From: the human T2T-CHM13v2.0 reference genome, Homo sapiens
Assembly (NCBI RefSeq): GCF_009914755.1
Contig: NC_060948.1
Reading direction: 5' to 3' (one strand)
Length of the DNA stretch: 64,000 bases
Below the pieces are notes generated by a model that did no database searches, was not told the DNA's origin, and worked only from the letters and a program-made list of their open reading frames with translations. Below, in pieces: positions 42,701 to 57,700 of this stretch. The translations under genes were made by a program, and so were the position numbers. Every line of letters begins with the position of its first letter. Positions within the stretch are counted from its first letter, which is position 1.

Positions 42701-45700
42701 AATCGAATGGAATGGAAGTGAATAGAATCGAACTAAATCGAATGGAATGGAATTGATAGGAACGGAATGGAAAGGAATGCAATGATTTGGCATGGAATGG
42801 AATCGAATGGCATCGAATGGAATGGAATGGAATGCAATGGAATGGAATGTATTAGAATGTAATGAACTTTAATGGAATGTACTCGAATGGATTCGACTGG
42901 AATGGAATGTTCTGGAAGTGAATGGACTCCAATGGAATGGATTCAAAAGGAATGGAATCGTACGGAATGGAATCTAATGGAATGGAATTAAATGGAAATG
43001 AATCAAATTGAATAGCACGGAATTGAATTGAATGGAATGGAATGCAATGGAATCTAATGAAACGGAAAGGAAAGGAATGGAATGGAATGGAATGGGCTGG
43101 AATGGAAAGGAATCGAAACGAATGGAATGGAATCGAACTGAAGAGACTGGAATGGAATGCACTGGAATGGAAGGGAGTGTAATGGAAGGTTCTCGAAAAA
43201 AATGGAATCGAATGGAATGGAATTGAATGGAACGGAATAGAGTCGAATGGAATTGAATGGAATGGAATGGACTAGAGTGAAATGGAATCGAACCACAAGG
43301 AATGGACAGGAATAGAATGGTCTCGAATTGAATGGAATCGTATGGAATGGCATCAAACGGAATGGAATGGACAGCCACGGAATGGAATGCACTCGAATGC
43401 AATGGAGTCGAAACTAATGGACTGGAATAGAATGGACTCGACTGGTACGGACTCCAATGGAATGGAATCGAATGGAAGGGAATCGAACGGAATGGACTCG
43501 AAGGGAAAAGACTGCAATGGAAAGGTCTCGAATGGAATGGAAATTAATGGAATGGAATGGAATCGAATGAAATGGAGTCAAAAGGAATGGAATCGAATGG
43601 CAAGAAATCGAATGTAATGGAATCGCAAGGAATTGATGTGAACGGAACGGAATGGAATGGAATCCAAAGGAATGGAATAGAATGGAATGGAATCGAATGG
43701 AAAGGACTCGAATGGAAATCACTCGAATAGAATGCAATTTAATAAAATAGGATCAAATGTAATGGAATGGAATGGAAAGGAATCGAAACGAAAGGAATGG
43801 AGACAGATGGAATGGAATGGAACAGAGAGCAATGGTATAGAATGGAATGGAATCATCTGGAAAGGAATTGAATGGAATGGAATAATATGAAATGGAATGG
43901 AATGGAATGGAATGGAATGCCCTTGAATTAAATGGACTGGAATGGAATGGACTCGAACAGAGTGGAATGGAAAGTGTTGAGATAGAATGGAATGGACTCC
44001 TTTGGAATGGTGTAGTATGCAATGCAATCGACTGGCAGGGAATCAAAAGGAATGTAATGGAATGGATTGGACTGGAATGCAATGGACTCGAATAGATTGG
44101 AAACGGAATGCAAAGGAATGGAATGGAATAGTATGGAATGGAATGGAAAGGAATGGAGTGGAATAGACTAGAGTGGAATGGAATGGACTGGAAAGAAATG
44201 GACTGGAATGGAACTTTCTTGAATGGACTGGAATCAAACGGAATGGAATGCAATGCAATCAAATGGCATGGAATAAAATAGAATGAAAGAGAATCAAATG
44301 GAATTGAATCGAATGGAATCGAATGGATTGGAAAGGAATAGAATGGAATGGAATGGAACTGACTCAAATGGAATGGACTAGAACGGAATGGATTCGAATG
44401 GAAGGCAAAGGAATGGAATCTATTGGAATGGACTGTAATGGAATGGAATGGAAGGGATTGGAATGGACTCGAATGGAATGGACTGCAATAGAAAGGATTC
44501 GAATGGAATGAAAAAGAATTGAATGGAATAGAACAGAATGGAATCAAATCGAATGAAATGGAATGGAATAGAAAGGAATGGAAAGGATTCGAATGGAATG
44601 CAATCGAATGGAATGCAATCGAATGGAATGGAATCGAACGGAATGTAATAAAATGGAAGAAAACTGGCAAGAAATGGAATCGAAATGAATGGAGTGTTAT
44701 GGAACGGACTCAAAAGGAATTGAATGTAATAGAATGGAGTGGAGTGGACTCGAATATAATGGACTGGAATGGAATGAAATCACATGGAATGGGAACGAAT
44801 GGAATGGAATGGAAAGGAATGGAATCGAATGGAAAGGAATCGAATGGAAGGGAATGAAATTGAATCAACAGGAATGGAAGGGAATAGAATAGACGGTAAT
44901 GGAATGGACTCGAATAGAATGGACACGAATGCTCAAATTCAATGGACTCGAATGGAATGGAAACGAAAGGAATGTCATCGAATGGAATTGAATCGATTGG
45001 AATGAAATCGCATAGAATGGAGTGGAATCAAATGGAATTGAATCGAAAGGAAAGGAAGCGAATGGACTGAAATGAAATGGAATGGAATTGAATGGAAAGT
45101 AATGCAATGGAATAGAATGGAACGAAATTTCACGGAATGGAATCAAACTGAATGGAATCAAATCAATGGAATCAAATCAAATGGAATGGAAAGGAATTGA
45201 ATGGAGTAGATTGGATTGGATGGGATTGGAATGAAATGTACTGGAAAGGACTCGAATTTCATGAAACGGAATGGAATGAATTGGAACGGAATGGACTCGA
45301 ATGGAATGGAATGTCATGGAATGGCATCAAATGGAATGGCATCAAATGGAATGGAATCGAATGCAATGGAATGCTATGGAATGGAATGGAATGCATTGGA
45401 ATGGAATGTCCTCTAATGGAATGGATTCGAGTGGAATGGAATCGAATATAATGGAGTCGAATGAAATGGAATTGAAAGGAATGGGATCGAATACAATGGA
45501 ATATACTGGAATGTAATGTAATGAACTCGAATGTAATTGACTGGAATGGAATGTACATGAATGGAATGTAATCGAATGGAAAGTAATCCAATGGAATAGA
45601 ATCTAATGCAATAAAACCGACTCAGATAGAGTAGAATGTAATGGAATGGAGTGCAGTGCAATGGAAGGGAATGGAATTGAATGCAATGGAATGGAATGGA

Positions 45701-48700
45701 ATGGAATGGAATGGAATGGAATGGGATGGAATGGTATGGAATGGATAGTAATGGACTGGAGTGAAATGGACTGGAAAGGAATGGACTCAAATTGAAAGGG
45801 CTCGAAAGGAATGGAGTCAAATGGAATGGTCTGGAATGGAATGAACACGAATGTAATGCAATCCAATAGAATGGAATCGAATGGCATGGAATATAAAGAA
45901 ATGGAATCGAAGAGAATGGAAACAAATGGAATGGAATTGAATGGAATGGAATTGAATGGAATGGGAACGAATGGAGTGAAATTGTATGCAGTAGAAGGGA
46001 ATAGAATGGAATGCAAGCGAAAGGAAAGGAATGGATTGGAATGGAATGGAATTCATTGGAATGGAAGGGAATGTAGTGTAATGGACAGGCCTGGAATAAA
46101 GTGGAATGCTACGGTCTCGAATGGAATAAAAATGTATGGAATGGAATGCAATGAAACGGAATCGAATGTCATAGAATGTAATGGAATGCAACAAAATGGA
46201 ATCCAAAATCATTGACTGGAAAGGCTGGGTGTCGAAAGGAATTGACTCCAATGGAATGGAATCGAATGGAATGGAAGTGAATAGAATGGAACTAAATCGA
46301 ATGGAATGGAATTGATAGGAACGGAATGGAAAGGAATGCAATGATTTGGCATGGAATGGAATCGAATGGCATCGAATGGAATGGAATGGAATGCAATGGA
46401 ATGGAATGTATTAGAATGTAATGAACTTTAATGGAATGTACTCGAATGGATTCGACTGGAATGGAATGTTCTGGAAGTGAATGGACTCCAATGGAATGGA
46501 TTCAAAAGGAATGGAATCGTACGGAAAGGAATCTAATGGAATGGAATTAAATGGAAATGAATCAAATTGAATAGCACGGAATTGAATTGAATGGAATGGA
46601 ATGCAATGGAATCTAATGAAACGGAAAGGAAAGGAATGGAATGGAATGGAATGGACTGGAATGGAAAGGAATCGAAACGATTGGAATGGAATCGAACTGA
46701 AGAGACTGGAATGGACTGCACTGGAATGGAAGGGAGTGTAATGGAAGGTTCTCGAAAAAAATGGAATCGAATGGAATGGAATTGAATGGAACGGAATAGA
46801 GTCGAATGGAATTGAGTGGAATGGAATGGACTAGAGTGAAATGGAATCGAACCACAAGGAATGGACAGGAATAGAATGGTCTGGAATTGAATGGAATCGT
46901 ATGGAATGGCATCAAACGGAATGGAATGGACAGCCACGGAATGGAATGCACTCGAATGCAATGGAGTCGAAACTAATGGACTGGAATAGAATGGACTCGA
47001 CTGGTACGGACTCCAATGGAATGGAATCGAATGGAAGGGAATCGAACGGAATGGACTCGAAGGGAAAAGACTGCAATGGAAAGGTCTCGAATGGAATGGA
47101 AATTAATGGAATGGAATGGAATCGAATGAAATGGAGTCAAAAGGAATGGAATCGAATGGCAAGAAATCGAATGTAATGGAATCGCAAGGAATTGATGTGA
47201 ACGGAACGGAATGGAATGGAATCCAAAGGAATGGAATAGAATGGAATGGAATCGAATGGAAAGGACTCGAATGGAAATCACTCGAATAGAATGCAATTTA
47301 ATAAAATAGGATCAAATGTAATGGAATGGAATGGAAAGGAATCGAAACGAAAGGAATGGAGACAGATGGAATGGAATGGAACAGAGAGCAATGGTATAGA
47401 ATGGAATGGAATCATCTGGAATGGAATTGAATGGAATGGAATAATATGAAATGGAATGGAATGGAATGGAATGGAATGCCCTTGAATTAAATGGACTGGA
47501 ATGGAATGGACTCGAACAGAGTGGAATGGAAAGTGTTGAGATAGAATGGAATGGACTCCTTTGGAATGGTGTAGTATGCAATGCAATCGACTGGCAGGGA
47601 ATCAAAAGGAATGTAATCGAATGGACTGGACTGGAATGCAATGGACTCGAATAGATTGGAAACGGAATGCAAAGGAATGGAATGGAATAGTATGGAATGG
47701 AATGGAAAGGAATGGAGTGGAATAGACTAGAGTGGAATGGAATGGACTGGAAAGCAATGGACTGGAATGGAACTTTCTTGAATGGACTGGAATCAAACGG
47801 AATGGAATGCAATGCAATCAAATGGCATGGAATAAAATAGAATGAAAGAGAATCAAATGGAATTGAATCGAATGGAATCGAATGGATTGGAAAGGAATAG
47901 AATGGAATGGAATGGAACTGACTCAAATGGAATGGACTAGAACGGAATGGATTCGAATGGAAGGCAAAGGAATGGAATCTATTGGAATGGACTGTAATGG
48001 AATGGAATGGAAGGGATTGGAATGGACTCGAATGGAATGGACTGCAATAGAAAGGATTCGAATGGAATGAAAAAGAATTGAATGGAATAGAACAGAATGG
48101 AATCAAATCGAATGAAATGGAATGGAATAGAAAGGAATGGAATGAAATGGAATGGAAAGGATTCGAATGGAATGCAATCGAATGGAATGGAATCGAACGG
48201 AATGGAATAAAATGGAAGAAAACTGGCAAGAAATGGAATCGAAATGAATGGAGTGTTATGGAACGGACTCAAAAGGAATTGAATGTAATAGAATGGAGTG
48301 GAGTGGACTCGAATATAATGGACTGGAATGGAATGAAATCACATGGAATGGGAACGAATGGAATGGAATGGAAAGGAATGGAATCGAATGGAAAGGAATC
48401 GAATGGAAGGGAATGAAATTGAATCAACAGGAATGGAAGGGAATAGAATAGACGGTAATGGAATGGACTCGAATAGAATGGACACGAATGCTCAAATTCA
48501 ATGGACTCGAATGGAATGGAAACGAAAGGAATGTCATCGAATGGAATTGAATCGATTGGAATGAAATCGCATAGAATGGAGTGGAATCAAATGGAATTGA
48601 ATCGAAAGGAAAGGAAGCGAATGGACTGAAATGAAATGGAATGGAATTGAATGGAAAGTAATGCAATGGAATAGAATGGAACGAAATTTCACGGAATGGA

Positions 48701-51700
48701 ATCAAACTGAATGGAATCAAATCAATGGAATCAAATCAAATGGAATGGAAAGGAATTGAATGGAGTAGATTGGATTGGATGGGATTGGAATGAAATGTAC
48801 TGGAAAGGACTCGAATTTCATGAAACGGAATGGAATGAATTGGAACGGAATGGACTCGAATGGAATGGAATGTCATGGAATGGCATCAAATGGAATGGCA
48901 TCAAATGGAATGGAATCGAATGCAATGGAATGCTATGGAATGGAATGGAATGCATTGGAATGGAATGTCCTCTAATGGAATGGATTCGAGTGGAATGGAA
49001 TCGAATATAATGGAGTCGAATGAAATGGAATTGAAAGGAATGGGATCGAATAGAATGGAATATACTGGAATGTAATGTAATGAACTCGAATGTAATTGAG
49101 TGGAATGGAATGTACATGAATGGAATGTAATCGAATGGAAAGTAATCCAATGGAATAGAATCTAATGCAATAAAACCGACTCAGATAGAGTAGAATGTAA
49201 TGGAATGGAGTGCAGTGCAATGGAAGGGAATGGAATTGAATGCAATGGAATGGAATGGAATGGAATGGAATGGAATGGAATGGAATGGGATGGAATGGTA
49301 TGGAATGGATAGTAATGGACTGGAGTGAAATGGACTGGAAAGGAATGGACTCAAATTGAAAGGGCTCGAAAGGAATGGAGTCAAATGGAATGGTCTGGAA
49401 TGGAATGAACACGAATGTAATGCAATCCAATAGAATGGAATCGAATGGCATGGAATATAAAGAAATGGAATCGAAGAGAATGGAAACAAATGGAATGGAA
49501 TTGAATGGAATGGAATTGAATGGAATGGGAACGAATGGAGTGAAATTGTATGCAGTAGAAGGGAATAGAATGGAATGCAAGCGAAAGGAAAGGAATGGAT
49601 TGGAATGGAATGGAATTCATTGGAATGGAAGGGAATGTAGTGTAATGGACAGGCCTGGAATAAAGTGGAATGCTACGGTCTCGAATGGAATAAAAATGTA
49701 TGGAATGGAATGCAATGAAACGGAATCGAATGTCATAGAATGTAATGGAATGCAAAAAAATGGAATCCAAAATCATTGACTGGAAAGGCTGGGTGTCGAA
49801 AGGAATTGACTCCAATGGAATGGAATCGAATGGAATGGAAGTGAATAGAATCGAACTAAATCGAATGGAATGGAATTGATAGGAACGGAATGGAAAGGAA
49901 TGCAATGATTTGGCATGGAATGGAATCGAATGGCATCGAATGGAATGGAATGGAATGCAATGGAATGGAATGTATTAGAATGTAATGAACTTTAATGGAA
50001 TGTACTCGAATGGATTCGACTGGAATGGAATGTTCTGGAAGTGAATGGACTCCAATGGAATGGATTCAAAAGGAATGGAATCGTACGGAATGGAATCTAA
50101 TGGAATGGAATTAAATGGAAATGAATCAAATTGAATAGCACGGAATTGAAATGAATGGAATGGAATGCAATGGAATCTAATGAAACGGAAAGGAAAGGAA
50201 TGGAATGGAATGGAATGGACTGGAATGGAAAGGAATCGAAACGAATGGAATGGAATCGAACAGAAGAGACTGGAATGGACAGCACTGGAATGGAAGGGAG
50301 TGTAATGGAAGGTTCTCGAAAAAAATGGAATCGAATGGAATGGAATTGAATGGAACGGAATAGAGTCGAATGGAATTGAGTGGAATGGAATGGACTAGAG
50401 TGAAATGGAATCGAACCACAAGGAATGGACAGGAATAGAATGGTCTCGAATTGAATGGAATCGTATGGAATGGCATCAAACGGAATGGAATGGACAGCCA
50501 CGGAATGGAATGCACTCGAATGCAATGGAGTCGAAACTAATGGACTGGAATAGAATGGACTCGACTGGTACGGACTCCAATGGAATGGAATCGAATGGAA
50601 GGGAATCGAACGGAATGGACTCGAAGGGAAAAGACTGCAATGGAAAGGTCTCGAATGGAATGGAAATTAATGGAATGGAATGGAATCGAATGAAATGGAG
50701 TCAAAAGGAATGGAATCGAATGGCAAGAAATCGAATGTAATGGAATCGCAAGGAATTGATGTGAACGGAACGGAATGGAATGGAATCCAAAGGAATGGAA
50801 TAGAATGGAATGGAATCGAATGGAAAGGACTCGAATGGAAATCACTCGAATAGAATGCAATTTAATAAAATAGGATCAAATGTAATGGAATGGAATGGAA
50901 AGGAATCGAAACGAAAGGAATGGAGACAGATGGAATGGAATGGAACAGAGAGCAATGGTATAGAATGGAATGGAATCATCTGGAATGGAATTGAATGGAA
51001 TGGAATAATATGAAATGGAATGGAATGGAATGGAATGGAATGCCCTTGAATTAAATGGACTGGAATGGAATGGACTCGAACAGAGTGGAATGGAAAGTGT
51101 TGAGATAGAATGGAATGGACTCCTTTGGAATGGTGTAGTATGCAATGCAATCGACTGGCAGGGAATCAAAAGGAATGTAATCGAATGGACTGGACTGGAA
51201 TGCAATGGACTCGAATAGATTGGAAACGGAATGCAAAGGAATGGAATGGAATAGTATGGAATGGAATGGAAAGGAATGGAGTGGAGTAGACTAGAGTGGA
51301 ATGGAATGGACTGGAAAGCAATGGACTGGAATGGAACTTTCTTGAATGGACTGGAATCAAACGCAATGGAATGCAATGCAATCAAATGGCATGGAATAAA
51401 ATAGAATGAAAGAGAATCGAATGGAATTGAATCGAATGGAATCGAATGGATTGGAAAGGAATAGAATGGAATGGAATGGAATTGACTCAAATGGAATGGA
51501 CTAGAATGGAATGGATTCGAATGGAAGGCAAAGGAATGGAATCTATTGGAATGGACTGTAATGGAATGGAATGGAAGGGATTGGAATGGACTCGAATGGA
51601 ATGGACTGCAATAGAAAGGATTCGAATGGAATGAAAAAGAATTGAATGGAATAGAACAGAATGGAATCAAATCGAATGAAATGGAATGGAATAGAAAGGA

Positions 51701-54700
51701 ATGGAATGAAATGGAATGGAAAGGATTCGAATGGAATGCAATCGAATGGAATGGAATCGAACGGAATGGAATAAAATGGAAGAAAACTGGCAAGAAATGG
51801 AATGGAAATGAATGGAGTGTTATGGAACGGACTCAAAAGGAATTGAATGTAATAGAATGGAGTGGAGTGGACTCGAATATAATGGACTGGAATGGAATGA
51901 AATCACATGGAATGGGAATGAATGGAATGGAATGGAAAGGAATGGAATCGAATGGAAAGGAATCGAATGGAAGGGAATGAAATTGAATCAACAGGAATGG
52001 AAGGGAATAGAATAGACGGTAATGGAATGGACTCGAATAGAATGGACAGGAATGCTCAAATTGAATGGACTCGAATGGAATGGAAACGAAAGGAATGTCA
52101 TCGAATGGAATTGAATCGATTGGAATGAAATCGTATAGAATGGAGTGGAATCAAATGGAATTGAATCGAAAGGAAAGGAAGCAAATGGACTGAAATGAAA
52201 TGGAATGGAATTGAATGGAAAGTTATGTAATGGAATAGAATGGAACGAAATTTCACGGAATGGAATCAAACTGAATGGAATCAAATCAATGGAATCAAAT
52301 CAAATGGAATGGAAAGGAATTGAATGGAGTAGATTGGATTGGATGGGATTGGAATGAAATGTACTGGAAAGGACTCGAATTTCATGAAACGGAATGGAAT
52401 GAATTGGAACGGAACGGACTCGAATGGAATGGAATGTCATGGAATGGCATCAAATGGAATGGCATCAAATGGAATGGAATCGAATGCAATGGAATGCTAT
52501 GGAATGGAATGGAATGCATTGGAATGGAATGTCCTCTAATGGAATGGATTCGAGTGGAATGGAATCGAATATAATGGAGTCGAATGAAATGGAATTGAAA
52601 GGAATGGGATCGAATACAATGGAATATACTGGAATGTAAGGTAATGAACTCGAATGTAATTGACTGGAATGGAATGTACATGAATGGAATGTAATCGAAT
52701 GGAAAGTATATCCAATGGAATAGAATCTAATGCAATAAAATCGACTCAGATAGAGTAGAATGTAATGGAATGGAGTGCAGTGCAATGGAATGGAATGGAA
52801 TGGAATGCAATGGAATGGAATGGAATGGAATGGAATGGAATGGAATGGAATGGAATGGAATGGTGTGGAATGGATAGTAATGGACTGGAGTGAAATGGAC
52901 TGGAAAGGAATGGACTCAAATTGAAAGGGCTCGAAAGGAATGGAGTCAAATGGAATGGTCTGGAATGGAATGAACACGAATGTAATGCAATCCAATAGAA
53001 TGGAATCGAATGGCATGGAATATAAAGAAATGGAATCGAAGAGAATGGAAACAAATGGAATGGAATTGAGTGGAATGGAATTGAATGGAATGGGAACGAA
53101 TGGAGTGAAATTGTATGCAGTAGAAGAGAATAGAATGGAATGCAAGCGAAAGGAAAGGAATGGATTGGAATGGAATGGAATTCATTGGAATGGAAGGGAA
53201 TGTAGTGTAATGGACAGGCCTGGAATAAAGTGGAATGCTACGGTCTCGAATGGAATAAAAATGTATGGAATGGAATGCAATGAAACGGAATCGAATGTCA
53301 TAGAATGTAATGGAATGCAAAAAAATGGAATCCAAAATCATTGACTGGAAAGGCTGGGTGTCGAAAGGAATTGACTCCAATGGAATGGAATCGAATTTAA
53401 TGGAAGTGAATAGAATCGAACTAAATCGAATGGAATGGAATTGATAGGAACGGAATGGAAAGGAATGCAATGATTTGGCATGGAATGGAATCGAATGGCA
53501 TCGAATGGAATGGAATGGAATGCAATGGATTGGAATGTATTAGAATGTAATGAAATTTAATGGAATGTACTCGAATGGATTCGACTGGAATGGAATGTTC
53601 TGGAAGTGAATGGACTCCAATGGAATGGATTCAAAAGGAATGGAATCGTACGGAATGGAATCTAATGGAATGGAATTAAATAGAAATGAATCAAATTGAA
53701 TAGCACGGAATTGAATTGAATGAAATGGAATGCAATGGAATCTAATGAAACGGAAAGGAAAGGAATGGAATGGAATGGAATGGGCTGGAATGGAAAGGAA
53801 TCGAAACGAATGGAATGGAATCGAACTGAAGAGACTGGAATGGAATGCACTGGAATGGAAGGGAGTGTAATGGAAGGTTCTCGAAAAAAATGGAATCGAA
53901 TGGAATGGAATTGAATGGAACGGAATAGAGTCGAATGGAATTGAATGGAATGGAATGGACTAGAGTGAAATGGAATCGAACCACAAGGAATGGACAGGAA
54001 TAGAATGGTCTGGAATTGAATGGAATCGTATGGAATGGCATCAAACGGAATGGAATGGACAGCCACGGAATGGAATGCACTCGAATGCAATGGAGTCGAA
54101 ACTAATGGACTGGAATAGAATGGACTCGACTGGTACGGACTCCAATGGAATGGAATCGAATGGAAGGGAATCGAACTGAATGGACTCGAAGGGAAAAGAC
54201 TGCAATGGAAAGGTCTCGAATGGAATGGAAATTAATGGAATGGAATGGAATCGAATGAAATGGAGTCAAAAGTAATGGAATCGAATGGCAAGAAATCGAA
54301 TGTAATGGAATCGCAAGGAATTGATGTGAACGGAACGGAATGGAATGGAATCCAAAGGAATGGAATAGAATGGAATGGAATCGAATGGAAAGGACTCGAA
54401 TGGAAATAACTCGAATAGAATGCAATTTAATAAAATAGGATCAAATGTAATGGAATGGAATGGAAAGGAATCGAAACGAAAGGAATGGAGACAGATGGAA
54501 TGGAATGGAACAGAGAGCAATGGTATAGAATGGAATGGAATCATCTGGAATGGAATTGAATGGAATGGAATAATATGAAATGGAATGGAATGGAATGGAA
54601 TGGAATGCCCTTGAATTAAATGGACTGGAATGGAATGGACTCGAACAGAGTGGAATGGAAAGTGTTGAGATAGAATGGAATGGACTCCTTTGGAATGGTG

Positions 54701-57700
54701 TAGTATGCAATGCAATCGACTGGCAGGGAATCAAAAGGAATGTAATCGAATGGATTGGACTGGAATGCAATGGACTCGAATAGATTGCAAACGGAATGCA
54801 ATGGAATGGAATGGAATAGTATGGAATGGAATGGAAAGGAACGGAGTGGAATAGACTAGAGTGGAATGGAATGGACTGGAAAGCAATGGACTGGAATGGA
54901 ACTTTCTTGAATGGACTGGAATCAAACGGAATGGAATGCAATGCAATCAAATGGCATGGAATAAAATAGAATGAAAGAGAATCAAATGGAATTGAATCGA
55001 ATGGAATCGAATGGATTGGAAAGGAATAGAATGGAATGGAATGGAATGGACTCAAATGGAATGGACTAGAATGGAATGGATTCGAATGGAAGGCAAAGGA
55101 ATGGAATCTATTGGAATGGACTGTAATGGAATGGAATGGAAGGGATTGGAATGGACTCGAATGGAATGGACTGCAATAGAAAGGATTCGAATGGAATGAA
55201 AAAGAATTGAATGGAATAGAACAGAATGGAATCAAATCGAATGAAATGGAATGGAATAGAAAGGAATGGAATGAAATGGAATGGAAAGGATTCGAATGGA
55301 ATGCAATCGAATGGAATGGAATCGAACGGAATGGAATAAAATGGAAGAAAACTGGCAAGAAATGGAATCGAAATGAATGGAGTGTTATGGAACGGACTCA
55401 AAAGGAATTGAATGTAATAGAATGGAGTGGAGTGGACTCGAATATAATGGACTGGAATGGAATGAAATCACATGGAATGGGAACGAATGGAATGGAATGG
55501 AAAGGAATGGAATCGAATGGAAAGGAATCGAATGGAAGGGAATGAAATTGAATCAACAGGAATGGAAGGGAATAGAATAGACGGTAATGGAATGGACTCG
55601 AATAGAATGGACACGAATGCTCAAATTGAATGGACTCGAATGGAATGGAAACGAAAGGAATGTCATCGAATGGAATTGAATCGATTGGAATGAAATAGCA
55701 TAGAATGGAGTGGAATCAAATGGAATTGAATCGAAAGGAAAGGAAGCGAATGGACTGAAATGAAATGGAATGGAATTGAATGGAAAGTAATGCAATGGAA
55801 TAGAATGGAACGAAATTTCACGGAATGGAATCAAACTGAATGGAATCAAATCAATGGAATCTAATCAAATGGAATGGAAAGGAATTGAATGGAGTAGATT
55901 GGATTGGATGGGATTGGAATGAAATGTACTGGAAAGGACTCGAATTTCATGAAACGGAATGGAATGAATTGGAACGGAATGGACTCGAATGGAATGGAAT
56001 GTCATGGAATGGCATCAAATGGAATGGCATCAAATGGAATGGAATCGAATGCAATGGAATGTTATGGAATGGAATGGAATGCATTGGAATGGAATGTCCT
56101 CTAATGGAATGGATTCGAGTGGAATGGAATCGAATATAATGGAGTCGAATGAAATGGAATTGAAGGGAATGGGATCGAATAGAATGGAATATACTGGAAT
56201 GTAATGTAATGAACTCGAATGTAATTGACTGGAATGGAATGTACATGAATGGAAGGTAATCGAATGGAAAGTAATCCAATGGAATAGAATCTAATGCAAT
56301 AAAACCGACTCAGATAGAGTAGAATGTAATGGAATGGAATGCAGTGCAATGGAATGGAATGGAATTGAATGCAATGGAATGGAATGGAATGGAATGGAAT
56401 GGAATGGAATGGAATGGAATGGAATGGGATGGAATGGTATGGAATGGATAGTAATGGACTGGAGTGAAATGGACTGGAAAGGAATGGACTCAAATTGAAA
56501 GGGCTCGAAAGGAATGGAGTCAAATGGAATGGTCTGGAATGGAATGAACACGAATGTAATGCAATCCAATAGAATGGAATCGAATGGCATGGAATATAAA
56601 GAAATGGATTCGAAGAGAATGGAAACAAATGGAATGGAATTGAATGGAATGGAATTGAATGGAATGGGAACGAATGGAGTGAAATTGTATGCAGTAGAAG
56701 GGAATAGAATGGAATGCAAGCGAAAGGAAAGGAATGGATTGGAATGGAATGGAATTCATTGGAATGGAAGGGAATGTAGTGTAATGGACAGGCCTGGAAT
56801 AAAGTGGAATGCTACGGTCTCGAATGGAATAAAAATGTATGGAATGGAATGCAATGAAACGGAATCGAATGTCATAGAATGTAATGGAATGCAAAAAAAT
56901 GGAATCCAAAATCATTGACTGGAAAGGCTGGGTGTCGAAAGGAATTGACTCCAATGGAATGGAATCGAATGGAATGGAAGTGAATAGAATCGAACTAAAT
57001 CGAATGGAATGGAATTGATAGGAACGGAATGGAAAGGAATGCAATGATTTGGCATGGAATGGAATCGAATGGCATCGAATGGAATGGAATGGAATGTATT
57101 AGAATGTAATGAACTTTAATGGAATATACTCGAATGGATTCGACTGGAATGGAATGTTCTGGAAGTGAATGGACTCCAATGGAATGGATTCAAAAGGAAT
57201 GGAATCGTACGGAATGGAATCTAATGGAATGGAATTAAATGGAAATGAATCAAATTGAATAGCACGGAATTGAATTGAATGGAATGGAATGCAATGGAAT
57301 CTAATGAAACGGAAAGGAAAGGAATGGAATGGAATGGAATGGGCTGGAATGGAAAGGAATCGAAACGAATGGAATGGAATCGAACTGAAGAGACTGGAAT
57401 GGAATGCACTGGAATGGAAGGGAGTGTAATGGAAGGTTCTCAAGAAAAATGGAATCGAATGGAATGGAATTGAATGGAACGGAATAGAGTCGAATGGAAT
57501 TGAATGGAATGGAATGGACTAGAGTGAAATGGAATCGAACCACAAGGAATGGACAGGAATAGAATGGTCTCGAATTGAATGGAATCGTATGGAATGGCAT
57601 CAAACGGAATGGAATGGACAGCCACGGAATGGAATGCACTCGAATGCAATGGAGTCGAAACTAATGGACTGGAATAGAATGGACTCGACTGGTACGGACT

